Of a stretch of 64,000 nucleotides of DNA, positions 16,659-24,465 are shown one piece after another. The stretch is from Bacteroidales bacterium UBA5433 (GTDB lineage Bacteria > Bacteroidota > Bacteroidia > Bacteroidales > UBA932), in the NCBI GenBank assembly GCA_002427525.1, contig DIRP01000002.1:16997-80996 (forward strand), written 5' to 3'. Positions within the stretch are counted from its first letter, which is position 1; every line of letters begins with the position of its first letter. A program made the position numbers and the translations under genes. The notes under the pieces are model-generated. The model saw only the letters and a list, made by a program, of their open reading frames with translations. It was not told the origin of the DNA and searched no databases.

Positions 16659-17684
16659 TTATTTGTCTATATATTTCAGTATTTTACGTACAAAACCCGG
16701 ACCTTCGTAGATAAATCCGGTATAGATCTGGATTAGCGAGGCTCCGGCATCCAGCATATCCTTGGCATCTTGCGGTGACATAATACCGCCCACTCCAATA
16801 ATCGGAAGGTTTCCTTCTGTTTTTTCATGGATGTACCGGATGGCTGCCAGAGCTTTCTCTTTTAAGGGGGCACCGCTCAAACCTCCGTCCCCAATAGCTT
16901 TTACCTTGTTTTTTCCTGTTACAAGTCCTTCTCTGGAGGTGGTGGTATTGCATGCAATGACACCGTCCAGACCGGAAAGCATAATCACTTCAATCAATTC
17001 GTCCATCATAGCCGGAGTCAGGTCGGGAGAAATCTTTAGCAGTATGGGCCTGTACACGTCACAATACCTGCGGATGTCAGTAAGGTGCCTGATAATCTGT
17101 GTTAAATCACTGACTGATTGCAAACTGCGTAAATCCTTAACATTGGGACAGCTTACGTTGATTACAAAATAATCTACATAATCGTACAACTGGGCAAAAG
17201 CTTTTTCAAAATCTTTGTATGCCAGGTCATTGGGTGTTGTTGTGTTTTTAGAGATGTTGCCGCCAATCAGTACACCCGGTTTCGTTTTTCGCAAGTTGCT
17301 GATTGTGTTTTTTACACCCAGATTGTTGATTCCCATTCTGTTAACAAGGGCTTTGTCCTTAACAAGCCTGAAACTCCTGGGTTTGGGATTTCCCGGTTGG
17401 GGCAGGGGTGTTACAGATCCCACTTCAATGAATCCAAAACCCAAAGCCCCCAGCTGGTTGTAAGCTGTAGCGTTTTTGTCAAGGCCTGCAGCCAATCCCA
17501 CGGGATTTGGGAAATCTATTCCCATGACCCGGCGGTGCAATGTAGGGGAGTCGTAAGAAAAAAACAATTTGAGAAGCCGGGTTCCGAAAGGAATGTATTT
17601 CAACGCTCCCAGGGCTTTAAAAGTAAATTTATGTGCTGTTTCCGGCGGCAGCAGGAACAACAGCGGCCTGATGAGTTTGTACAT
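16659..17684 (-). CDS. pyrD: dihydroorotate dehydrogenase (quinone), class 2
   Basis: N-terminus MYKLIRPLLF.LPPETAH, plus GLAAGLDKN, GFIEVGSVT, NISKNT and GVGGI blocks. Confidence 0.9.
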   Translation of the reverse strand: MYKLIRPLLFLLPPETAHKFTFKALGALKYIPFGTRLLKLFFSYDSPTLHRRVMGIDFPNPVGLAAGLDKNATAYNQLGALGFGFIEVGSVTPLPQPGNPKPRSFRLVKDKALVNRMGINNLGVKNTISNLRKTKPGVLIGGNISKNTTTPNDLAYKDFEKAFAQLYDYVDYFVINVSCPNVKDLRSLQSVSDLTQIIRHLTDIRRYCDVYRPILLKISPDLTPAMMDELIEVIMLSGLDGVIACNTTTSREGLVTGKNKVKAIGDGGLSGAPLKEKALAAIRYIHEKTEGNLPIIGVGGIMSPQDAKDMLDAGASLIQIYTGFIYEGPGFVRKILKYIDK

Positions 17685-17718
17685 ACGTGCGCAATTTAGG
17701 TTACCTGATGATGCGCAG

Positions 17719-17726
17719 CAAAGATA
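17719..17726 (-). promoter_or_regulatory. -7 promoter box (TATCTTTG on minus strand) for pyrD
   Basis: Exact TAnnTTTG match on the minus strand, 34 nt upstream of the ATG at 17684. Confidence 0.4.
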
Positions 17727-17763
17727 GCTGTTTAATGCGAATAGTCAACCGGCAAACAGGCCA

Positions 17764-18258
17764 TTATTTATCGGGGATAAACTCAGAAAAGGTATTGTCT
17801 GAATAGAATAACAGTACTTTTTCAAGTTTGGGGCTTGCTGCGGGTACGTGTACCTGAGGTGGCATTTGCTGTTGCTGTTGCTGTTCCGGTTGCCGTCCCA
17901 GCTGTTGTCCCAGCTGTTGATCTTGCTGTTGTTGTTGTTCTTGTTGTTGTTGTTCAGGTTGTTGCAGGGATTGCACAGGTGAGAAAATGTCTTGTTCTGT
18001 TGTCGGCACAGCGCTTTCTTCAACCGGGAACAACTCTGCAGACTTTATCTCTTTATACATTTTTCCTTTGCCTGTCATCAACCATTCAGCGTTTAGGGAA
18101 GGGTAGCAAAGTAACATGCTTTCGATAAAATCAAATCCCGGCTTGTTTCTTCCTGCCAGGACGTGGGATACGCCCGAGCGTTGTATGCCAATCCGGTCTG
18201 CAAAGCGGGCCGGTGTAAGGTCTTCAGCCTGTAAAAATTGTTGCAAACGAGTTTTCAT
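17764..18258 (-). CDS. XRE-like helix-turn-helix DNA-binding protein with a Q-rich linker
   Basis: MKTRLQQFLQAEDLTPARFADRIGIQRSGVSHVLAGRNKPGFDFIESMLLCYPSLNAEWLMTGKG is a common Bacteroidota HTH N-domain. I chose the ATG at 18258. The 41-codon extension to 18381 in the ORF track translates AT-rich intergenic DNA. Confidence 0.8.
   Translation of the reverse strand: MKTRLQQFLQAEDLTPARFADRIGIQRSGVSHVLAGRNKPGFDFIESMLLCYPSLNAEWLMTGKGKMYKEIKSAELFPVEESAVPTTEQDIFSPVQSLQQPEQQQQEQQQQQDQQLGQQLGRQPEQQQQQQMPPQVHVPAASPKLEKVLLFYSDNTFSEFIPDK
17866..17970 (-). repeat. CAG/CAA (Gln) codon-rich tract with a perfect 12-bp tandem duplication
   Basis: Encodes QQPEQQQQEQQQQQDQQLGQQLGRQPEQQQQQQ. gtcccagctgtt occurs twice in tandem at 17895-17906 and 17907-17918. 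Confidence 0.9.
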
Positions 18259-18273
18259 AATTGGATACAAATT

Positions 18274-18310
18274 TTTACAAATGTAACATAAATAATGTTT
18301 ACAAATGTAG
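18274..18310. repeat. two direct copies of TTTACAAATGTA(A/G), 24 bp apart; each contains a minus-strand TACATTTG -7 box
   Basis: Copies at 18274-18286 and 18298-18310. The reverse complement of each includes TACATTTG, 19 and 43 nt upstream of the HTH ATG at 18258. Confidence 0.6.
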
Positions 18311-18600
18311 AGATATGGTAAAATACATATGTAAACTTTAAATAAAAGATCTATTACAGAATACTTGACTGTCAATAACATCAGGAAGTTTTCAGAGCAG
18401 GCTCTCTATAAGATGTAATACTATAGATAAATTATGTAAAATACAGGGTTTTAAGTGTGTATAAACTTATATTCACTTAAACAACACGGTTTATCCACAA
18501 AACAGAGCAAAATGAAGAAAAGTACCTATAGAAATAGTATAAATAAATTCATTAAAATACTGGGTATAAGCATATTAATTTGCAATAAAAGTAAGATTTA

Positions 18601-18620
18601 GAAATGTAAATTTACAAAAG
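18601..18620. repeat. perfect 12-bp palindrome TGTAAATTTACA within GAAATGTAAATTTACAAAAG
   Basis: The palindrome occupies 18605-18616. It shares the ATGTAA / TTTACAAA half-sites of the other copies. Confidence 0.6.
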
Positions 18621-18685
18621 AAGAGTAATGGAATTGCTCCTGGGTTAACTGCTCTGTAGGGTTACAAAAGTAACCAAATAAGGTA

Positions 18686-18710
18686 GAAATGTAATTTACA
18701 AATGTAAATT
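18686..18710. repeat. GAAATGTAATTTACAAATGTAAATT: an 11-bp palindrome (TGTAATTTACA) plus a third TTTACAAATGTAA copy
   Basis: The palindrome is at 18690-18700. The TTTACAAATGTAA copy is at 18695-18707. Confidence 0.6.
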
Positions 18711-18807
18711 AGCACCTAAAGCAATACTTTAAGTAAAGTTTTATTCAAAATTCCTACCTTAGCCACTTGTTATGCCATCCTTTTATATTCCTATACCCGG
18801 TATCAGC

Positions 18808-20001
18808 ATGGATGATTATTCCTACGATCTTCCGGAAGAACGTATTGCCAAATATCCGCTCCCGGTTCGTCACGATTCAAAACTTCTTGTTTTAAAAGAC
18901 GAAAAGATCCGGGACGCGGCTTTTACGGATATTGTACAATTGCTGCCGAAAAACAGCCTGGTAGTTTTCAACCGTTCCAAAGTAGTCCCTGCCCGGTTGC
19001 TTTTTCAAAAAGAAACCGGTGCTATCATTGAAATTTTTTGCCTGGAACCGGCTTTTCCTCCCGAATACAACCTGGCCTTTCTTCAGGAAAACTCATGCAC
19101 GTGGTATTGTACAGTGGGAAATGTGAAAAAATGGAAAACAAAACCTCTTTTCTTGCACAATCCCGACAACAACCCGGCTATACAGGATATGAAACTGCAG
19201 GCCTTCCTGCTGGGGCAGGATGCCGACAGGTATTTGGTCCGGTTTGATTGGCAGAACGGAGTTTCTTTTTCTTCTGTACTGGAAACAGCCGGGAAAGTTC
19301 CCATACCGCCCTATTTAAAGCGTCAGGCTGAGCCATCGGATACCGAACGGTACCAGACTGTCTATGCACGTGACAGAGGCTCTGTAGCGGCTCCTACGGC
19401 CGGTCTTCATTTTTCTGATGCATTGATGGATGAAATGGGGAAGAAGGGGATTGCTACGGCGTTTTTAAGCCTTCACGTGGGGGCAGGTACGTTCAAACCT
19501 GTTAAAGCACAGGATATCAGGGACCATACTATGCATAGCGAACCTTTTTGCGTACCGGTTCGTTTTATCCGGCAGCTTATTTCCCACAACGGCCCCCTTG
19601 TTTCTGTGGGAACCACAACGTGCAGGTGTCTGGAAAGTTTGTATTATTTGGGGCTGCAGGTCGCTGCAGGAAAGGATCCTCTTTTTGTAGGTCAATGGGA
19701 GCCGTATGTAACCCCGGGTAAGATTTCCTACAAAGAATCCCTTACTCACTTGTTGGCGTATGCAGAAAAAAATGAAAAGGAATCTATTGAAGCCGCCACA
19801 CAAATTATCATGGCTCCCGGTTTTTTATTTCGTTCCACCGATGTTTTGATCACCAATTTTCACCAGCCAAATTCTACGTTGTTATTGCTTGTATCTGCTC
19901 TTATCGGAGAAAGGTGGAAGGATGTTTATGCACATGCTTTGGCGCATCAGTACCGTTTTTTAAGTTACGGTGACTCGTGCATGTTCTTTAATCCTAAGTA
20001 A
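18808..20001 (+). CDS. queA: S-adenosylmethionine:tRNA ribosyltransferase-isomerase
   Basis: MDDYSYDLPEERIAKYP....DSKLLVL is the canonical QueA N-terminus. Also has PIPPYL, ERYQTVYA, GSVAAPTAGLHF and TNFHQP blocks. I chose the ATG at 18808 over 18772. Confidence 0.9.
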   Translation: MDDYSYDLPEERIAKYPLPVRHDSKLLVLKDEKIRDAAFTDIVQLLPKNSLVVFNRSKVVPARLLFQKETGAIIEIFCLEPAFPPEYNLAFLQENSCTWYCTVGNVKKWKTKPLFLHNPDNNPAIQDMKLQAFLLGQDADRYLVRFDWQNGVSFSSVLETAGKVPIPPYLKRQAEPSDTERYQTVYARDRGSVAAPTAGLHFSDALMDEMGKKGIATAFLSLHVGAGTFKPVKAQDIRDHTMHSEPFCVPVRFIRQLISHNGPLVSVGTTTCRCLESLYYLGLQVAAGKDPLFVGQWEPYVTPGKISYKESLTHLLAYAEKNEKESIEAATQIIMAPGFLFRSTDVLITNFHQPNSTLLLLVSALIGERWKDVYAHALAHQYRFLSYGDSCMFFNPK

Positions 20002-20102
20002 GTGAAAATCAATAAACAACGTTTCAATATAACATGTGTGTTATATAATGTAACAATAATGTTGTACTCTTAGTAAATAGAGTAAAATCAGGCTGTTACG
20101 AT

Positions 20103-21596
20103 CTAGAGATACGAATCTACACCCAGGTTCTCGTACGTTTCTTTCAACGCCTTTTCATCATCAGAAATTATGAGCAGTGTATCCTTTTCCAGGATCTCTG
20201 TATTGCCCCTGGGAATGAAAAAAGAGTCTCCTCTTTTTACCATTACTACAAGTGTTTTATCGGGCAGGGGAATGTCCATCATCTTGTTTCCAAAACGAAG
20301 GCTATCCGCAGTAACGACTACCTCGTTCATGGCAGATTTAATATCCTCGGAAAATTCAAGTTCAAAGGCTGACCGACCAATTTTCTTGTGGGGAAATGCC
20401 ACATGCAGCTTTCTGGCAATCCAGGGTATGGAAGTTCCTTGTACGAGCAACGACAGGATGGTGATGAAAAAAACGATATTGAAAAGGACATTGGCTCCCG
20501 GAACGCCATACAATAAGGGGTAGGTAGCAAAGATAATGGGCACAGCACCCCGTAACCCTACCCAGCAGGTAAAAATACGGGAAGGAAAGGTCATGTTGCG
20601 GAAAGGCCAAAGGGAAAGCAACACAGCTGCAGGTCTGGCAAAAACAATCATAAATACACCAATGAGCAATCCAATACCCGCTACGGGCCACAATTCGGAA
20701 GGATTTACCAGCAGTCCCAGGGTAAGGAACATAATGATCTGAGCCAGCCAGGAAAGTCCGTCAAAAAAGTTTTTGGCCGTTTTTCTGTGGGGGAAACGTG
20801 AATTTCCAATTACAAGACCTCCAATGTACACGGCAAGGAATCCGTTACCTTGTATAAGATCTGTGAGCGAATAAATAAACAGACAAAATGCAAAAATAAG
20901 AATGGGGTATAGGGCATCGTTGATGATGTTCATTCTTCGTAAAAAGAAAGCACAAAGCTTGCCCAACAGGTATCCGGCTATACCACCTACAATCATTTGG
21001 TAGAAGAACATAAGGACCACTAACCAGATTTTAGCCTGCCCTTCTGCCATAATAACCTGAATGAGGGTAATGGTAAGCATGTAGGCCATGGGGTCGTTGC
21101 TTCCGCTTTCCAGCTCCAGGAGGGGCCGTAAGTTGTGTTTAAGCTTCAGTTCTTTAGATCGGAGGATGGCAAAAACCGAAGCCGAGTCTGTAGAAGACAT
21201 CAGGCTGCCCAGCAGCAGACATACAGGAAGAGGCATATCAAATCCGGGCAACATTTGGGCCAGGAAGTAAATGAAAAAACCTGTTAGGATAGCTGTCAAT
21301 AAGACTCCCAGGGTAGCCAGAATGATTCCTTCTTTTGCTACCGGTTTGATTTCCTCGTACCGGGTATCCATGCCACCGGAAAAAAGAATGATGCTTAGAG
21401 CTACCACACCAATAAATTGTGCTGTTTTTTGGCTTGAGAATTGCAGTCCAACGCCTTCGCTGCCAAATACCATTCCTACAAGAAGAAACAGCAAGAGGGT
21501 GGGAACACCAAATTTATAGCCTGTCTTGCCTGCCAGTAAACTAAAGAAGAGAAGTACAGAGCCAATCAGAAGGATGTTTTCAGCGGTGATCGTCAT
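20103..21596 (-). CDS. K+/H+ antiporter (CPA1, NhaP2/CvrA-like) with a C-terminal TrkA-C (RCK_C) domain
   Basis: About 12 TM segments and a LESGSNDP motif. The C-terminal soluble domain (VVMVKRGDSFFIPRGNTEILEKDTLLII) is typical of TrkA-C. Confidence 0.85.
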   Translation of the reverse strand: MTITAENILLIGSVLLFFSLLAGKTGYKFGVPTLLLFLLVGMVFGSEGVGLQFSSQKTAQFIGVVALSIILFSGGMDTRYEEIKPVAKEGIILATLGVLLTAILTGFFIYFLAQMLPGFDMPLPVCLLLGSLMSSTDSASVFAILRSKELKLKHNLRPLLELESGSNDPMAYMLTITLIQVIMAEGQAKIWLVVLMFFYQMIVGGIAGYLLGKLCAFFLRRMNIINDALYPILIFAFCLFIYSLTDLIQGNGFLAVYIGGLVIGNSRFPHRKTAKNFFDGLSWLAQIIMFLTLGLLVNPSELWPVAGIGLLIGVFMIVFARPAAVLLSLWPFRNMTFPSRIFTCWVGLRGAVPIIFATYPLLYGVPGANVLFNIVFFITILSLLVQGTSIPWIARKLHVAFPHKKIGRSAFELEFSEDIKSAMNEVVVTADSLRFGNKMMDIPLPDKTLVVMVKRGDSFFIPRGNTEILEKDTLLIISDDEKALKETYENLGVDSYL

Positions 21597-21614
21597 GGTT
21601 TTGTTCTAATTGGA

Positions 21615-21622
21615 CAAAAGTA
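21615..21622 (-). promoter_or_regulatory. -7 promoter box (TACTTTTG on minus strand) for the antiporter gene
   Basis: Exact TAnnTTTG match on the minus strand, 18 nt upstream of the ATG at 21596. Confidence 0.4.
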
Positions 21623-21654
21623 CACTTTTTTTACAAAAATATGCAACCATTCGT

Positions 21655-21662
21655 TATCTTTG
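21655..21662 (+). promoter_or_regulatory. -7 promoter box (TATCTTTG) for the lysine-fermentation operon
   Basis: Exact TAnnTTTG match 24 nt upstream of the ATG at 21687. Confidence 0.45.
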
Positions 21663-21686
21663 CAGAATAATAATAAAAATACAAAT

Positions 21687-22334
21687 ATGAACAAATTGAT
21701 ACCATTGCAAGACGCGGTTTCTAAGATTAAATCGGGCATGACCGTTATGATAGGAGGTTTTCTGACGGTCGGAGGTCCAAACCTTCTGCTGGATGCAGTT
21801 CTTGAAACCGATGTTACAGACCTTACCATTATTGCCAATGATACTGCTTATGCAGACAAGGGATTTGGTAAACTGATTGCGGCACGCAAAGTTACTAAGG
21901 TCATAACAAGCCACATTGGCACCAATATAGCCACAGGCCAACAATATCACGCCGGAGAACTGGAAATTGAGTTTGTACCTCAGGGGACACTCATTGAAAG
22001 AATTCGTTGTGCAGGAGCCGGGCTGGGCGGTGTTCTTACGCCAACAGGTCTGGGAACTATTGTACAAGAGGGAAAAGATATCATCAACCTGGACGGAAAG
22101 GATTATTTGCTGGAAAGACCTTTGAGAGCAGATATTGCCCTTATTGGTGCGTCACTTGCAGATGAAGAAGGCAATTTGTTCCACCGTGGTACAACGCGGA
22201 ATTTTAATTCACTCATGGCTATGGCTGCAGATACGGTTATTGCCGAAGTGCGCGACATTGTGAAAGCCGGTGAAATTCTTCCGGAACACGTTCATACACA
22301 AGCTATTTTTGTAGATTATCTGATTAAATTATAA
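21687..22334 (+). CDS. atoD: 3-oxoacid / acetoacetate CoA-transferase subunit A
   Basis: MNKLIPLQDAVSKIKSGMTVMIGGF...GGP, followed by ELE.VPQGTL.ERIR.GGAG. The first ATG is 21687 (the ORF-track start at 21660 is TTG). Confidence 0.85.
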   Translation: MNKLIPLQDAVSKIKSGMTVMIGGFLTVGGPNLLLDAVLETDVTDLTIIANDTAYADKGFGKLIAARKVTKVITSHIGTNIATGQQYHAGELEIEFVPQGTLIERIRCAGAGLGGVLTPTGLGTIVQEGKDIINLDGKDYLLERPLRADIALIGASLADEEGNLFHRGTTRNFNSLMAMAADTVIAEVRDIVKAGEILPEHVHTQAIFVDYLIKL

Positions 22335-22373
22335 CTTTTAATATTACACAACTATTTTAAATATTACACAACT

Positions 22374-23618
22374 ATGTCAAAGAAATTGAAGCTGGAATTA
22401 TCCGACAAAATGTACGAAGACGCCCTTAAGATTATTCCCGGGGCTATTGCAGGTATTCGCCGTCCTTACAACTTTGTTCCGGGGGAATACCCCATTTATT
22501 TTGATCATGCAAAGGGAGGCAGGGTTACCGATGTGGACGGGAATGAATACATTGATATGCTTTGTGCATATGGTCCCATCATTATTGGGCACAGGGAAGA
22601 GGAAATAGATAACGCAGTCATTGAACAGATGCAGAACAAAGGGTTCTGTTTCTCCCTCACGCAACCCATTCAGAACACTTTGGCGGAAAAGCTCATTGAA
22701 TTGATACCTTCTGCAGAAATGGCCGTTTTCGTAAAAACAGGCTCCGATGCTACTTCTGTGGCTATTCGGGTGGCTCGTGCCAGCACGGGAAGACTGAAGG
22801 TCATGCGCTGCGGATACCACGGTTGGCATGACTGGTGTGTAGAAGTCAAAGGAGGTGTTCCCCAAAAATTGTGGGAAGACACTCATGAATTCCATTACAA
22901 CGACCTGGAAGGGCTGGAAGACCTGCTTAAAGCACACGGTGACGATACAGCTGCTATTATAATTACCCCTGTAGGGCATCCCCTGGCAGAAAAAGTGGAA
23001 ATGCCCAAACCGGGTTTTCTGGAAGGTGTTCGTGCTTTGGCAGATAAATACGGAATTGTTCTTGTTTTTGATGAAATCAGAAGCGGTTTCCGCTACGATT
23101 TGGGAGGTGCACAAAAACTCTTTGGCGTAACTCCGGATCTCTCCGTGTTTGGAAAAGCCATGGCCAACGGGTACCCCATTGGAGCCGTAGTTGGTAAGGA
23201 AGAACATATGAAAGTACTGGCAGACAAAGTATTTTTGTCATCCACCTTCTTCCCCAACAGCCTGGAACAGGTTGCTGCCCTTAAGACTATTGAAATACTG
23301 GAAAGAGACAATATTCTGGAAAAAATAAAGCAGAAAGGAGAAGTTTTTGGTGCCAGGCTGGAAAAGATAGTCAAGAATGTACCTTACGATGTTGAAGTTT
23401 CCGGAATTCCGCTGATGCCGTTTATTACCTTTAACAGGGACAAGGATGGCTTGTACAAGAAGCTGCGTCCGGGATTCTATACCGAACTCATCCGCCGGGG
23501 TGTTTTCCTGCAACCGTTCCACCACGGATATGTGGCATACCGCCATACAGATGAAGATATACAGTATGCGGCTGATATGGTTGAAGAATCTTTCAGAGAA
23601 TTGAAAAAATATATTTAA
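22374..23618 (+). CDS. kat: class-III (GSA-aminomutase-like) PLP aminotransferase; candidate 3-aminobutyryl-CoA aminotransferase (Kat)
   Basis: The fold assignment comes from GYHGWHDW, FDEIRSGFR and FGKAMANGYP (PLP lysine). The Kat function is inferred from its position inside the lysine-fermentation operon and the absence of a kal-like gene there. Confidence 0.6.
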   Translation: MSKKLKLELSDKMYEDALKIIPGAIAGIRRPYNFVPGEYPIYFDHAKGGRVTDVDGNEYIDMLCAYGPIIIGHREEEIDNAVIEQMQNKGFCFSLTQPIQNTLAEKLIELIPSAEMAVFVKTGSDATSVAIRVARASTGRLKVMRCGYHGWHDWCVEVKGGVPQKLWEDTHEFHYNDLEGLEDLLKAHGDDTAAIIITPVGHPLAEKVEMPKPGFLEGVRALADKYGIVLVFDEIRSGFRYDLGGAQKLFGVTPDLSVFGKAMANGYPIGAVVGKEEHMKVLADKVFLSSTFFPNSLEQVAALKTIEILERDNILEKIKQKGEVFGARLEKIVKNVPYDVEVSGIPLMPFITFNRDKDGLYKKLRPGFYTELIRRGVFLQPFHHGYVAYRHTDEDIQYAADMVEESFRELKKYI

Positions 23619-23636
23619 GCTAACACACAACGAACT

Positions 23637-24464
23637 ATGAATAAATTGATAATTACCGCAGCTATCTGTGGTGCTGAAGTACTTAAAGAACACAATCCTG
23701 CCGTACCTTATACGGTTGAAGAATGTGTACGGGAAGCACGTTCGGCCTACGATGCCGGGGCAAGCATCATTCACCTTCATGTCCGTTATGACGATGGTAC
23801 TCCCACGCAAGATAAGGAGAGGTACCGTGTGATCATGGAAGGCATTGAGAAAGCGTGTCCGGGTATTATTATCCAACCTTCAACGGGCGGAGCCGTAGGC
23901 ATGAGCAATGATGAAAGGTTGCAACCTACCGAGCTGAATCCGGAAATGGCGACCCTTGATTGTGGAACACTCAATTTTGGCGGAGACGAGATTTTTGAGA
24001 ATACAGAAAACACCATCAAGTATTTTGGAAAACGCATGATAGAACGCGGTATTAAACCGGAGCTGGAAGTGTTTGACAAGAGCATGATTGAAATGGCGCT
24101 GCGTCTGCACAAACAAGGATATATTTTGAAACCACTTCATTTTGACTTTGTTATGGGAGTCAACGGCGGTATTGGCGGTTCGCTCAGGGATTTTGTCTTC
24201 CTGCGTGGCAGCATTCCCTCCGATGCTACCTATACGGTAGGCGGCCTGGGAAGGTACGAAATGCCTTTGGCTGCTGCTGCCATCATTGACGGAGGTCATG
24301 TGAGGGTGGGATTTGAGGACAACGTATACCTCTCCCGCGGAGTATTGGCCAAATCAAATGGTGAGCTGGTTGAGAAAGTAGTACGTCTTGCACGTGAACT
24401 TGGTCGGGAAATTGCTACTCCTGATGAAGCAAGAGAAATTCTAGGGCTTCCTAAAAGAAAATAA
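23637..24464 (+). CDS. kce: 3-keto-5-aminohexanoate cleavage enzyme (BKACE/DUF849 family)
   Basis: Matches the characterised Kce as I remember it, nearly block for block: LIITAAI.GAE, IIHLH.R.DDG.P.Q, STGGAVG, PEMATL..GTLNFG, GGH.R.GFEDN, ATP..AREIL. Confidence 0.92.
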   Translation: MNKLIITAAICGAEVLKEHNPAVPYTVEECVREARSAYDAGASIIHLHVRYDDGTPTQDKERYRVIMEGIEKACPGIIIQPSTGGAVGMSNDERLQPTELNPEMATLDCGTLNFGGDEIFENTENTIKYFGKRMIERGIKPELEVFDKSMIEMALRLHKQGYILKPLHFDFVMGVNGGIGGSLRDFVFLRGSIPSDATYTVGGLGRYEMPLAAAAIIDGGHVRVGFEDNVYLSRGVLAKSNGELVEKVVRLARELGREIATPDEAREILGLPKRK

Positions 24465-24465
24465 T

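Noticed and set aside
18259-18381. A 41-codon N-terminal extension of the HTH gene (ATG at 18381).
   Set aside because: The extension translates AT-rich intergenic DNA into an implausible peptide (LLTVKYSVIDLLFKVYICILPYLYICKHYLCYICK). Conserved HTH proteins of this type begin at the MKTRLQQF-like Met, and two -7 boxes lie inside the extension.
18512-18601. A 29-codon ORF (MKKSTYRNSINKFIKILGISILICNKSKI) in the AT-rich intergenic region.
   Set aside because: It has no recognisable ribosome-binding or promoter context and no conservation evidence. ORFs of this size are expected by chance in AT-rich DNA. It would be worth revisiting only if ribosome profiling or conservation supports it.
20027-20084. 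Two small hairpins between queA and the antiporter gene as bidirectional terminators. They are ATATAACA-tgtg-TGTTATAT at 20027-20046 and TACTCT-n8-AGAGTA at 20065-20084.
   Set aside because: The stems are short and AT-rich, so stability is low, and neither strand has a following U-tract. I cannot support them as intrinsic terminators without 3'-end mapping.
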